DNA of 64,000 bases from Tricharina praecox. Lineage: Eukaryota. The translations under genes were made by a program, and so were the position numbers. The notes below the pieces were generated by a model. That model was not told the DNA's origin, did not search any database, and saw nothing but the letters and a program-made list of their open reading frames with translations. Positions within the stretch are counted from its first letter, which is position 1. The number at the start of each line of letters is the position of its first letter. The stretch is from contig NW_026250403.1 of the NCBI RefSeq assembly GCF_024521635.1, positions 2,914,001 to 2,978,000 of the forward strand, written 5' to 3'. Shown piece by piece: positions 28,965 to 41,940 of the stretch.

Positions 28965-29866
28965 TCAATCCCCTTTGCAGATAGCTATGAACTCTTCCCT
29001 ACTGACTGCACGCATCACCAATCATTAGCACTCGAGTGATTTCCAGTGATATTGCACACGGGGAAGGAAGGACATACTCATGCCATCATTATCGACATCG
29101 AACTCGTCGATCATAGCCTGCAGCTCTTCCTCCTCGAGATTCTCTCCGAGCTCCTTTGCGACTCTTCTAAGATCGTCGATTCCGATCTTCGGGTCCCTGC
29201 CGTCCTGGCGTCCCCCACTGCCCACACCAGCGAAGAGCTCGAACGCACGGCCGATCTCTTCCAGCGGGTCACGCTCCGCGATCTTCTGTGTCATGATGTC
29301 CATGAATGCTTCGTAGGTAATGTAAAGGTTGGTGGGAGGGGTGTTGGCTGGTGGTGCTACGCCTGTCGGGGTCACGCCGTGCCGCCGGATGATGTCCAGC
29401 AGCTCTGGCTTGGGCGTGTCGAAGCCGAGGGCTTTCATTGCTACCTGGGGAGATTAGCGGGGCGGGCGGGGCGGGCGGGTGGGTGGATCGGTGGGCAGTA
29501 CTTTCAGCTCGTGGTAGTCGATCCTGCGGTCTTGGTTCAGGTCGAAGAGGTTGAACTTTACATCAATCAGCTTCGTCTTCTTCTTCTCTCTTCTCCTCTC
29601 TTTCTGCTGGAGACAGGCTTAGTCACCGCGTCGGCAATCTCATCCTTCTGGTCCTGTGTCAACTCCGCCTGGTATTGTTGCTCCCGTTCGCGGTATGCTG
29701 TCGCGGGCGCCTTCCCGCTCGCTCCGACCTGTGCAGCGAAGAGACCTCCGCCGCCGCTTCCACCGCCCGTTGACGGGCCGGGTGAGGCCGGGCGAACGTT
29801 TTGACGACGCGTTCGTGATGACTGTGGCGCCACGTTCGCATTGGGTTGCCGGGTGTTTCCGAACAT
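28965..29866 (-). CDS. CDC31: Centrin (EF-hand spindle pole body protein)
   Basis: Four exons: ...ELTQDQKDEIADA|FNLFDLNQDRRIDYHELK|VAMKALGFD...DPLEEIGRAFELF...DLRRVAKELGENLEEEELQAMIDEFDVDNDGM|ISREEFIAICKGD*. Characteristic centrin signatures. Confidence 0.93.
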
Positions 29867-30663
29867 GATGGTGACTGTGGAGTAGGCTGGTTCGATCGAG
29901 AGGTGTCTAGACGTGCCGGTGTGGGCGAGTCCTCGTAGGCTGTGGCGGAGGCTGTGTTGTTGTTTCTTTCTTGTCGTCTTTCGTGTTTACGTTGCTGCTG
30001 CTACGGCTTGAGAAGTTGAGGTGACGCGCCCGAACGGCTCACCTCGTCACGTGGCTCATATCACTCGAATCCCATCCGCCAATCGATGATATGTGATGTT
30101 CACACTTTATCACACCTCGTCGGGTGACTGGATTCGCATGCTTCTAGACCGTGAATAGACCCATCGATATCGCTTTTTCTATGCCCTCTGCTGTGAGTCC
30201 TCTTCTCCTCTGACTCCCGAAGTGGAATCATTAAATTGGGAGTTGCTGTCTTGGCATTCGAGCAAGGAGGTTCTCGCCCATTTCGTCGCACTGGTCTTTC
30301 TGCGCTGCCACGAGTATCTCTCTCCTCTTCCTTCGCTTGTCCTCAACCTCTCGCTCGCTGGACTTGAAAAAAAGTCGCTAGTTAAAGAAGAGCCGCTTCA
30401 TCACCAAAACCCGAGCACACGTCAACACCACACACCCTACTCCAACCACAACCCGACTCCAAGAATCTTTGCTCTTCCTCTTCAATTTCACCTTCGTTTC
30501 CCTTTACAACCCCTCACCCCCCCACACAAAACACAACAAAGCATCCACTGCACCCCCCAACTCCCCCCTTCTTTGACCACCCAATCTCCCTGCCTTAATC
30601 CAGAGCATCACAACAACCACACCTGCAGCTCTTCTTACGCGCAATTCCTCCATAACCGCCATC

Positions 30664-33600
30664 ATGTTTAGTCAATCCAATACTGGTGGCTTTGGAGGGT
30701 TCGGCACCAACAATAACACAAATCCCGGCACGGGTACCACTGGCAGCGTGTTCGGCTCCGGCGGTGGCTTCGGTCAGCAGCAACAACAGCAGCAACAACA
30801 GCAGCAACAACAACAGCCTGCGGCTCCAGGTACGTTCAGCCCTCGATACTTCTCTCCTTGCGTTCACAGGGTTCATCGCGCTGCTTGATGCAGAGGCCCA
30901 TCCCATCTGGTGGGGTTGTTACGGCTGGCCGTACGAACGTGTCCTTTGTGAGGATAACGCGTCGGAAAAAAAGTCCTGGGGACATATCCCGACCTGATGG
31001 CAGTGATGGTGGCTGCGACGATGGTTGAATGAACGGAAAGCCATCCGCTTCTTTTCGGTGGATTCAACGCGCTCGTATGCGCGCGCGTCTTCCTGATCGA
31101 ATCCACTCGCTCGACCGATCGCTTGGCTTCTGCAATGTTCACGACAAGAGACACTGACTGACATGATCTTTCCGCGCTTTACTCAGGATTTGGTAGCGGC
31201 GGTGGCTTTGGTGCGACAAACACCGGTGGCGCTTTTGGTTCTTCGACGACTCCTGCTTTTGGTGGTGCTGCTCCCGGAGGAGGTAAACATTCCACCCCCC
31301 TCCAGCCATTTTGTCGCGAGGGAAATCGTCATCTGTCGCGGTGGTGGCTTTGTCGTGCGCAATCATCATCGGTGGTCTTCCCTGATCGATGACTCTTGCG
31401 CCTTCCGGTTACACGGTGTACAGCCTTGTTGAAGAGTCACCACCGCCAACTTGATACCCACTTTCCCTCCCAGATGCCTGTACCTGATGTGGTATATGAT
31501 GAGCTAACTTCCCGCGCTTTTCTTTTCTAGGATTCGGTCAGGCTAGTAACGCTTTCGGTGCAAAACCTGCTTTCGGTGCAACAACAACTGGAGGTGGACT
31601 CTTTGGATCGCAAGCCGCTGCACCGAATACGAACCCTGGATTTGGCGGAGGAGGAGCCTTTGGAAACAACACCGCGACGTCTGCATTTGGCGCTACCAAC
31701 ACGGGTGCTACAGGCGGAGGAATGTTCGGAAATGCTGGAAAGCCCGGGTTTGGCGGTGTCACAACCACCACTGGTGCGACGGGAGGTGGTATCTTTGGGA
31801 CGTCCGGCGCTGCTACAGGCACTGGCGCTTTCGGTGCGCCTGCCGGTGGTAATGCTGGAGGTATTGGATTTGGTGGCGCGGATACCTCTGTTCTGCCTGT
31901 GAACGGAACCGCGACCACTCCCTACACCGTTACGCAAGAGAAGGAAGCTAGTAGCTCCTTGATGAACCACTTCCAGACCATTTCGTTCATGCCGGCCTAT
32001 AAAAACTGGTCACTAGAAGTAGAATTCTCTCTATGAGTGTTCTTGCGCGATGAATGCTAACAGCCGTCAAAGGAATTGCGTCTGCAGGATTATGCTACCG
32101 GAAGACGCTACGGCAACTCATCCGGCCAATCTGGCGCGTTCGGTTTCTCTGGGTTTGGCGGAGCGAATGCGGCACCAGCAACTACTGGAACCGGGTTTGG
32201 CGCTACGAACACTGGGGCCGCAGGTGGCGGTGGTTTGTTTGGAAGTGCCAACAATCAGCAACAGCCTGGTGGATTCGGAGCAACCAGTGGTGGTGCATTT
32301 GGAGCTACCAACAACAATGCGGCTGGCGGAGGTCTCTTTGGAGCGAAGCCTGCTACGACCGGTGGATTGTTTGGAGCTAGCAACACGGGTACGGCTGGAG
32401 GGGGTCTGTTTGGATCGAATCCTGCTCCTGCTGCTGGTGGCTTCGGCAATACTGGCAATACTGGGGCGTTTGGCAATAATACCGGGGGTGCATTTGGGCC
32501 CGCAACCCAGCAGGCTAAGCCTGGATTCTCTTTCGGTGGACCTGCTGCAACCACTCCCACAACTGGTGGCTTCGGAGCTACACCTGGAACTGGGTTTGGA
32601 CAGCAGAATACTGGTGCTACCGGTGGATTGTTCGGTCAGCAACCCCAACAACAACAGCAACAGCCGGCCACTGGATTCGGAGGCCAGGCCGCGGGCACTG
32701 GTTTCGGCGCTACCGGAGGATTCGGGCAGCAAAACACACAGCAACAGCAGCAGCAGCAGCAGCCGTCATCCTTTGGCGCATTTGGGCAGCAGCAGAACAA
32801 TCAACAACAACAGAAGCCTGCTTTTGGCGGCTTCGGTGCGACATCCGCGGCCCCTGCTACAGGTGGTGGCCTCTTCGGTAACCAGCAGCAAAACCAGCAG
32901 CCTCAACAACAACAGGCTGGTGGACTTTTCGGAGCCAAGCCTGCATTTGGAGGAGCTACGACTAATACTTCTGCCACTAGTGGTCTGTTCGGAAACAACC
33001 AGCAACCTCAGCAGCAGCAAACTGGTGGTCTGTTTGGAAACGCCCAGCCGTCTCTGAATACTGGTGGCGGTGGATTGTTTGGAAACACCCAGGCTGGCGC
33101 CACCAACACTGGCGGTGGTGGACTGTTTGGAAACAATCAGACAAAGCCTGGCGGTTTGTTCGCGTCGGGTGCACCTGCGCAGAATACGGGTGGTGGATTG
33201 TTTGGCGGTTTGAACACCACTACCCAGACTTCTGGCGGTTCATCCCTGTTTGGAAATCAGCAGCAGCAACAGCAACCGCAGCAGCAGTCGAGTCTGTTCG
33301 GCAACACCCTTGGCCTTGGTCTTGGTGGCCAACAACAGCAGCAACAGCAATTCACAACCTCGATTGCGGATTCGCCGTATGGAAATGCTTTGCTTGGTAC
33401 TATGGGTCCAGGACAGCAGAACCAGCTGGGCCCGATTGCGACTCCTCTCGGCTCTTCGACCACCAAGAAAGCAGCAATGATTCCTCACCACAAGATTGCT
33501 CCCAGGCAGCCTGCTCTCACGCCCCGCCTCGGCAACAGCTACTCCAGAAGCGGATCTCCGTTCGCTTCGTCCACCACGACTACCACTTCTCTGAGTGGAT

Positions 33601-36600
33601 CCAGGGGATCGTTCTCGTCCAACAACAAATTGAGTCTCTTTGACGGCGACGACTCGGCTTTGAGTGCGAACGCTTTCTCTTCAAGCACTAGTAGTCGTGC
33701 CGCCGGGTTGAAGAAGTTGGTCATCGACAAGAAGATCAAGGATCAGGACTTGTTCACAGACAACAACGAGCCACGTGGTAGGGCGGACAGCATTAGCAGT
33801 GGACCGGGCAGCGCGTCTCCTGTCACTACTAAGGGTATCTTGAAAAAGACTGTCAGCTTTGACGTGGCTGCTGAGAACAAGAGGGATGAAGACTTATTCG
33901 GTACTGGCAGCGCTACGCCTGCTAAGGCGACTAGTGGCCCTGCACCCACAGCCGAGGAGCTCGGATTCATCAGGCGCACTCCTGAGCGGAGACGGGCTAC
34001 GGATCTTGACGAGTCTCCTCAGGGAAGTGCTGTATCCTCTAGCAGCGCCCCAGTGCTTGGTAACGAGGTTGCTCTTGTTCAGCAGCCTAGTGAGGAGCGC
34101 GCTCACGGTACATACTGGATGGTTCCCAGTGCGCAGAAACTTCGGTCCTACACCCGTGAGCAGCAGAAGAAGGTCATCGGTCTTACTGTCGGGCGTCGCG
34201 GATATGGTTCCGTCCGCTTCGACAATCCTGTGGATATCTCCGGTCTTCCTTGCGAATTTGAAGATATCCCCGGCACCGTGGTTATCTTTGATACCAGAGT
34301 TTGCACTGTCTACCCAGAGGGGTTGGAAAAGCCCGCTCCTGGAAACGGCCTCAACGTTCCTGCCACTATTTCCCTGGAGGACTGCTTCCCCCTCACGAAG
34401 AACCAGCGCGACAAGATCGTCGATCCCGAACACCCTAGGTACATCACCCACATTCGCCGGTTGAAGGGTATTAAGGATACCGAGTTTGTCGATTACCACC
34501 CCCAGCAGGGTCTTTGGATCTTCAGAGTCCGACATTTCACCACCTACGGTCTGGTTGACAGCGACGATGAAGAAATGGAGGAGGAGATGACCTACGATTC
34601 CAGCTTCGCCACCAGTCAGGGAGACGACTCCATCTTTGGTCCCGACGACAACACTGTTACCCCGAGACCGGCAATTATTACTCCCGCCTCACTCATGATT
34701 GATGACGAGAACAGCATGGATGCCGACATCAGCGGTATGGATTCCACCTCCGGGTTGGATGATACCTTTGACTTCAAGAGGCTCCCTACCGCTGTTGGTT
34801 CTCTTGCACGTAGAACTGCCCCCGCTACCGCTCAACAGCACCCGGGATCTTTTTTAGGCGAGGACGATGAGCCCATCAATTCATCGTTTGACGAAGACCA
34901 GTACACGGAGGAGGAGGGTGATGTGACCATGACTGGTGAGTCTTTTTTAGGGGAAGGCTCCGTAGGCAGTGTTGAAGAAGATGAACCTGCGGAGCCCCTG
35001 TCGGAGGAGGACGATGCGGTGGAGGAGTCGACAATTATCCTGGACGACGACGAGGATACGACTGGTGCTCTTAACGAGGAATCACCCCAGAGACTGGCTC
35101 TTATGTCCCCGGAGAGATCACCAACGAAGTCGATTGCGGCGACGCCTTCAAAGGCGTTGGCATTAGGCAAGGACTGGACTGAACAGCTTAATAATACGAT
35201 CAGTCCTGTAAAGAGACGGTTCGGTGGCGAGAGCTTCTTTGCCGGTGGAGGTGGGGGTAGATCGCCCAGCCCTCGGAAGGCGATGATGGAGCCTCTCAAC
35301 TATGGACTACTTGATTTGGCCAACGACCTTTACGGAAGCCCTTCGAAGTTGAACGGCAGTGCACGCAGGGATACGGGAAGGACGAGGAAACGGGATGAAT
35401 TTGAGGTTTGACTTTCTCATCCGCTTGCTGTGGTTTAACGTTTTTTGCTATTTTACGATCCTATGTTTTGTTTTTTCAATTGAATTGGGATCTGTTCGAT
35501 GTTGTCCTGTCCGCTGTAGTTGTAGGAATAAAAATGCTGAGACATGTGTTTGTGTGCAATTCTAGTCACTCGGCGATTCGAAATTTAGCTCGGAAGGGGT
35601 ACGACCCATCGCCAAGAAACCGATTGCCTTGATTGCCTACTCCGGAGAACCCTTTGATTACAATGAGTTGGAGGGCGATGACCAAGCCTGGCGTAAATCC
35701 GTGAGGCCGGCGTGGGGACCTGAGGGAATCATCATCCACATGGGTCAATTGGAGGCATTGCGTGTTCGGAAGAGTGAGGGAAGTTTGAGCATCGCAAAGC
35801 TGAACTTCGGCACCAAGTCACATGTCGTTCCTCGGCCTTTGGAACTTCAAATGCGCAACACCGACATTAGGCTGGATGAGTTTGGCATTCCATTCGCCGA
35901 GGTCAAAATGGAATTCCTCTTTCAAGAGTTCACTGAACTGCCTTGGACGCGAGATTCTAAGGAACAACACGAGAGGAATGTGTGGAGGCTTGCGAGCGTT
36001 CTTTGGGACCCGCTCGACAACATTCCCATTGTTGACGACATAGAGCTAGAGTTCTACCTTCACGAGAAGCGTCGAAAGGAACTTCTGTCTCGCTTCCTCC
36101 AGGAGCTTGTGGAAAATGATGCCGATCTCCATGCTCAGACAGCGCCTACTGCTGAAGAAGCCGCTTTTGCACATCTCACTGCATACCGTATCGAACAGGC
36201 GTGCTCGGTGCTGATCGATGCTCAGGACTTCAGGCTCGCTTCTCTGATTCCTCTGATTGGCGGTGATCGATCTGTCCGACAGTCGATTCGCAGCCAGATC
36301 GATCACTGGAAGGGCAAAGGTGTTCTTAGTGAGCTCACGATCCCGATGCGTGCGCTTTATGAACTCCTTGCTGGGGAGACTTGCTTCTCTGAAGGAGTCA
36401 AGAACCCTGCCGAGGATGCTACGGCCGATATCTTCTTTGCTGATTATTTCGGCCTGGACTGGCGGAGAGCGCTGGCGTTGAAGTTCTGGTACGGATGTTT
36501 CGAAGAGGAGAGTATCGGTCGTTTAGTGAAGAGGTACGAAGAAGACTTCTTGCGATTCCCCGAAAAGGTGGCGCGGCCTACGCCTTGGTATCTCGACGCA

Positions 36601-37593
36601 CAGGAGCCAGCAGACGGCAGACTGGATATTCTTTGGGGTCTCTTGAGACTTTACGCGGATTCCCGCCTTCCACTCGAAGAGGTGCTTTCTCCTGCGAACA
36701 TCGGTCCCAATAAGCTTGACTACCGGGTCTCATGGCAGATGCGTACCATCCTCGCCAAGATTGGAGTTAGAGATTTCAGTCCCCTAGACGATTACAGTAG
36801 TAGGGGTGATCAGGTTACCGCCGAGTTCGCTGGAGGGCTTGAGAGTGCCGGTCTGTGGGAGTGGTCTCTGTTTGTGATTATGCATATCGAGGACGCCGAC
36901 GCTCGTGGTGCTGGCCTCAAGAATCTGATCGGCAGACACATTGACGAGATTGATGATGGCGAGAAGAGGACATTCTTGGAGAAGACTCTTTGCATCCCGC
37001 GTACTTGGATCTACGAGGCCAAGGCCCTCCGGGCCAGACACGCCGGTGACTACCTCCAGGAAGCAGAGTACCTCATTACAGCTAAGGCCTGGGTTGAGGC
37101 GCACAAGACTATCATCGAGCAGGTTGCACCCGAAGCTATCATCTCGGGCAACCTCGACGACCTCAAGAAGATCCTGGCCAAGTTCGACTCGTCGGTGCAA
37201 CCTGAGGGCTGGGGTCTCGGTGGCCAGGTGTATCTCGACTACATCCGCCTCCAGGAGCTGACCAAGACTACTTCGCCGAAGGCTAAGACTGAGAAGCAGG
37301 CGGTTGCTCGGAGGTTGCTCGGTGCGTTGAAGAACATGGAGATTTGCGGCTTCTTGCAGGGCATTGCGGTGCGCGAGATGGCTGGAGTTGTGGGTTCGCT
37401 AGTACTCAAGTATGGTGATATGGTATGTATTTCGGTGTCCTTTTTGTTCTGTCTAAGACTAACTGTTCTATAGGCCGGCGACAAGACCAAGGTTCTCGAA
37501 CTGCCGTTGACTGAGGACCAATACCTCAAGAAGACTGTCAACCTCAGCCTGGAGTACTACAAGGCAAAGTTGCAGGGCGTCACTGCACATTAA
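30664..37593 (+). CDS. NUP98: Nup98-Nup96 precursor nucleoporin (FG/GLFG repeats, GLEBS, autoproteolytic domain, Nup96)
   Basis: Exons 30664-30829, 31187-31282, 31531-32018, 32073-35405, 35566-37422, 37474-37593, all in frame. Many GGLFG repeats, GLEBS motif FQTISFMPAYKNWSLEELRLQDY, autoprotease ending WIFRVRHF|TTYG, and a helical Nup96 region (LDWRRALALKFWY, AGLWEWSLFVIMH). Equivalent to sonB / nup189 / NUP145. Confidence 0.95.
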
Positions 37594-38171
37594 AAGGGGA
37601 TTCGGATGGAAGGAGGAATCAAAATTGGGGGGAATTTTGTGACGAGTGATGGGCTGCATTTGTTTACGATGATACATTTCTCTTTTTTTTCTTGTTTTCC
37701 TTAAGTATTACTTCACTACTCGTCTTCTTTCATAGGGCTTCTTTCTTTGTTTTTATGTTCCATTTTTCTTTGCCTTAATCGATTCGCAACTTCTTGTCTG
37801 GATTATAAGTCATGCCGGAGGTTCTTTGCGCTTGAGTCTGTTAGATGAACCACTATAAGCTTGGTTCTGTACGTTGTTTTTGGATTCTGTTCAATCATCT
37901 TTGCATTCGACCCTTCAGATCATGCTAGTTGCACAACCGGTTCCACTTCACTGTCCAGGCCCGTGGCCGGTTGGCGTAACGTAAGTTCCCGATTGCCTCG
38001 CCTATGGCCCTATGTTGCTTTGAAAATGCCATTCGCATTCAACAAAACATTCCAAGGGCGAGTGATAGCCGTGAGGGTTAGGGTACCACCACCCACCGTG
38101 CCAGACTTCGGCAACACCCGAGCGACTGCAGGCTGTCGTCATTCCATTCCAATCCGCAACCCCTCTTCGCG

Positions 38172-39065
38172 ATGTCCACAATACGAGCACTCCGGTCGTT
38201 GCACACACGAATACCCAGCCTCCAGCGTATTCCCTCGCAATGCCGGCAGCACAGCACGCACACTTCCTCCGTCGACCCAACAGAAGTCTCTCACTTCTCG
38301 GCGCTCGCAGCCGAGTGGTGGGACCCGCACGGGACCTCACGTCTGCTGCACTTGATGAACCCGCTGCGGCTGCAGTTCCTGCGCTCGTGTCTCGCGCGCG
38401 GCCACACTGGCGCACAGTCGCTGCGGTTCCTGGATGTGGGCTGCGGCGGCGGGATCCTGGCGGAGAGTCTTGCGCGCCTGCGCGGGACTGAAAGCGTCCT
38501 CGGAATCGATCCTACCCCCGAAGTGCTCGCGGTTGCGAGGGCGCATATGAGGATGGATCCTGGGTTGAGGGGCAGGTTGGAGTATCTGGGCACGACGATT
38601 GATGCGCTGAGGGAAGCGGGGGGAGAGCGGGTGGTGGGGGGGTTTGATGTGGTATGTTTCTGGCCCCAAGCCGAGGTATGAGGGCGTTGGACTGATGAGC
38701 AACAGGTCACGACAATGGAAGTGGTCGAGCATGTACCCAACCCCGCCGTGTTCCTGCGGGAATGCATGGGGCACGTCAAGCCAGGCGGCTGGATCCTCGG
38801 ATCGACAATCGCACGGACGTGGACGAGCTACCTCACGACGAAGCTTGTGGCGGAGGATATCCTCAATATCGTGCCTAGAGGAACACACGATTGGAAAAAG
38901 TATGTCAATGCGGACGAGCTACAGGACTTTTTCGCACAGCAGAAGGGATGGGATGAGGCGATGTTTAAGGGCTGTATTTATGTGCCCGGACTGGGGTGGA
39001 AGATGTTGGATCACGGGGAGAAGGTGGGGAATTACTTCTTTGCGGTTAGGAAGAGGTTAGAGTAG
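38172..39065 (+). CDS. COQ3: Ubiquinone biosynthesis O-methyltransferase, mitochondrial
   Basis: Arg-rich presequence; SSVDPTEVSHFSALAAEWWDPHGTSRLLHLMNPLR; SAM motif FLDVGCGGGILAESLARL. Intron 38652-38705 joins to EVVEHV...VPRGTHDWKKY. Confidence 0.93.
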
Positions 39066-39245
39066 AGGGATGGAGGTGGATCATAGAGGTCACTCGGGGT
39101 ATACGCATGCGGATTAGCCGGGTGCTTCGGCGCCAGATAAAATCAGCCGCTAAAAAAGTTGATTTGCGTCTCTTCAGTGAAACTGCGATTTGCGTTGCCC
39201 ACCACCAACCTACCACCCCACCAAGTCTCCCACACCGCGCACACA

Positions 39246-41672
39246 ATGGCAGGCTCAAATATTAAAAAACGAAAGGCAGCAATGACGGAGGAGATAATCG
39301 CCGACTCCGGTTCTGAAGACGAATTCCAGACCGGACTTCTGAACGGCGGCGCGCTCGACAGCGACGACGACAGCGACGGGAACGATTCCAGCTCCGAAGA
39401 GGAGGATGACGATGAGGTCGACGAATTCCCTGAAGTCGGCAGTGACGAGGAGGAAATTGATAGTGACGAGATCCCCTCTTCCGACGAGGAGGCGGACGAG
39501 AAAGATGAGGAAGACGAGGATGAGGACGAGGTAGATGGGGAAGTCGACGAGAACGGCCGCAAGACAGTTCTAGATTCGGCGGGGAATCTGAGATACATAT
39601 ACCCCGAAGTCGACACCGGATACGCCTCGGATGACTCCGACCGCGAGGAGTTGAATACCATTGGAAACATCGATCTGGCGCTGTATGAGGAGTACCCGCA
39701 TGTGGGATACGACATTAACGGGAAGAAGATCATGCGCCCGGCGAAGGGTAAGGCGCTGGATGCCCTGCTGGATACGATTGATGTGCCGAAGGGCTGGACG
39801 GGAATGCTGGACAAGAACACGGGTGGCGATCTCAACCTTACCCGCGAGGAACTGGAGATCCTGCGCAAGATTCAGATGGACGAGGTGCCTGTGGATGGGT
39901 ACAATCCTTACGAGGTGGGATTCTTCCGTGCGGATGCCAGGGTATTAGGTGGTTTGCTGACAGCTACGACAGCCTACTATAGAGTGGTTCACCTCAAAGA
40001 CGGAGGTGATGCCTTTGAGCGCCGCGCCAGAACCGAAGCGCCGGTTCGTCCCTTCGAAGCACGAGGCAAAGCGGATAATGAAGATTGTGCGCGCCATCCG
40101 CGAGGGCCGCATAGTCCCCAACAAGCCGAAGGATGAGAAGCCACAGTACTACGATATCTGGGCGAACGAGGTGCCGCGTGAAGACCATATCATGCATATC
40201 CCCGCGCCGAAGCTACCCCCGCCGACGCACGACGAGTCTTACAATCCGCCAGAGGAGTACTTGCCTACTGAGGAGGAGAAGAAGAAGTGGGAGGAGAATG
40301 ATCCAGAGGACAGAGAAAAGGATTACTTGCCCAGGAAACATAAGGCCCTCCGGTTGGTGCCTGGCTACGACAGATTCCTCAATGAGCGCTTCGAAAGGTG
40401 TCTGGATCTGTACTTGGCGCCTAGAGTACGGAGGAATAAGCTGAATATCGATCCCGAGAGCTTGCTGCCCAAGCTGCCCAGCCCACAAGATCTGAGGCCT
40501 TTCCCGACGACCACTGCGACCATCTACCGTGGACACGAAGGGAGAGTTAGATCGTTGAATGTGGATCCTACGGGTATCTGGTTAGCGACGGGTGGTGAAG
40601 ACGGCACTGTTCGCGTTTGGGAGATTCTGACTGGAAGGGAAGTATGGAAGATTAAGCTGGCTGATGGAGAGGCCGTTAACTGCGTGAAGTGGAGACCAGT
40701 CAAGGAGTCTGCGATTCTGGCGGCTGCTGCGTAAGTTTACTATCTTGGCATATATATAGGCACACATGCTAACGAGAACAGTGGCGATGATCTATACCTT
40801 ATGGTACCACCATTATTCGATCCTGAGATGGAGATGGAGAGCAGACGGATACTGGAGCACGGTTACGGAACAGCGACGGGTGGTGAGAAGAAGGACCCTA
40901 CAAAGAAGGAGCCACCAGGAAAGTGGTCGAAACCCGAGGGCAAGCTCGCGGAACAGGGTGTTGTGGTCGTAGTCACTGTCCGCATCACGATCAAGCACAT
41001 CGCATGGCACAGACGTGGTGACTACCTTGCTACAACTTCTCCTGAAGGTATGTGACCATCTGTATTGATTGGGGGGTCAATCTAACAAATTCAGGCCAAA
41101 ACCGCGCTGTGGCCATTCACCAGCTCACCCGCCACACCTCTCAGTCTCCCTTCCGCAAATCGAAGGGTATCATCCAGCGGGTCGAGTTTCACCCGTTCCG
41201 CCCCATCCTCTTTGTTGCAACTCAACGCTACGTCCGTTCCTACGACCTGGCTAAACAAGAGCTCATAAAGACGCTGCAACCGGGAGCTCGCTGGATCTCC
41301 TCGTTCGATGTGCACTCCGGTGGTGACAACATCATCGTCGGATCCTACGACAAGCGCCTTCTGTGGCACGACCTCGAACTGTCCACCAAGCCTTACCGGA
41401 CTCTGCGATACCACGAGAAGGCTATCCGCGCCGTCAAGTACCACCAGGGCGGTCTGCCACTGTTCGTGTCTGCCTCCGACGACGGAACAATCCAGGTGTT
41501 TCACGGAAAGGTGTTCTCGGACATGATGGAGAACCCGTTGATTGTGCCGCTCAAGATCCTCAGAGGACACAAGGTCTCGCAGGCGCTCGGCGTGCTCGAT
41601 GTCGACTGGCACCCCAGGGAGTGCTGGCTGTTCTCGGCCGGAGCGGATGGGACGGCGAGATTGTGGAATTAG
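39246..41672 (+). CDS. ERB1: Ribosome biogenesis protein Erb1/BOP1 (PeBoW complex, WD40)
   Basis: Acidic N-terminus; BOP1NT motifs [66 protein letters not shown]40 repeats ending [14 protein letters not shown]. Introns 39915-39972, 40731-40781, 41048-41094. Confidence 0.95.
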
Positions 41673-41940
41673 GTGGTTGCTCTGTAGCGTGGTGCTGTTG
41701 TAGTATAGTCGCTTTAAAAGTTATATATCGGACGTGATTAATAGGTTCTTCAATCCACTCGTGCTGTCACATGTAGATCTTCAACGCCATATGTAAGTAC
41801 TAATGCCAACCTGAAACCCTACATAGTCAGACTACATTGCGGCTTAAAAGCTTATCACCAACGTGACCTCATCTGATCCAACCCACCAAGCAACCAACCC
41901 ACCAAACACCCAGGCAACGGCAACCAAACCAGGCAACACA

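Noticed and set aside
30940-31100. Possible box C/D snoRNA in NUP98 intron 1
   Set aside because: CTGA boxes are present but there is no good RTGATGA box C, and I could not match a guide to rRNA. Retained only as a structured-intron finding.
38073-38084. GAGGGTTAGGGT telomere-like word upstream of COQ3
   Set aside because: Fewer than two full repeats. At most a promoter telobox; not an interstitial telomere or telomerase RNA template.
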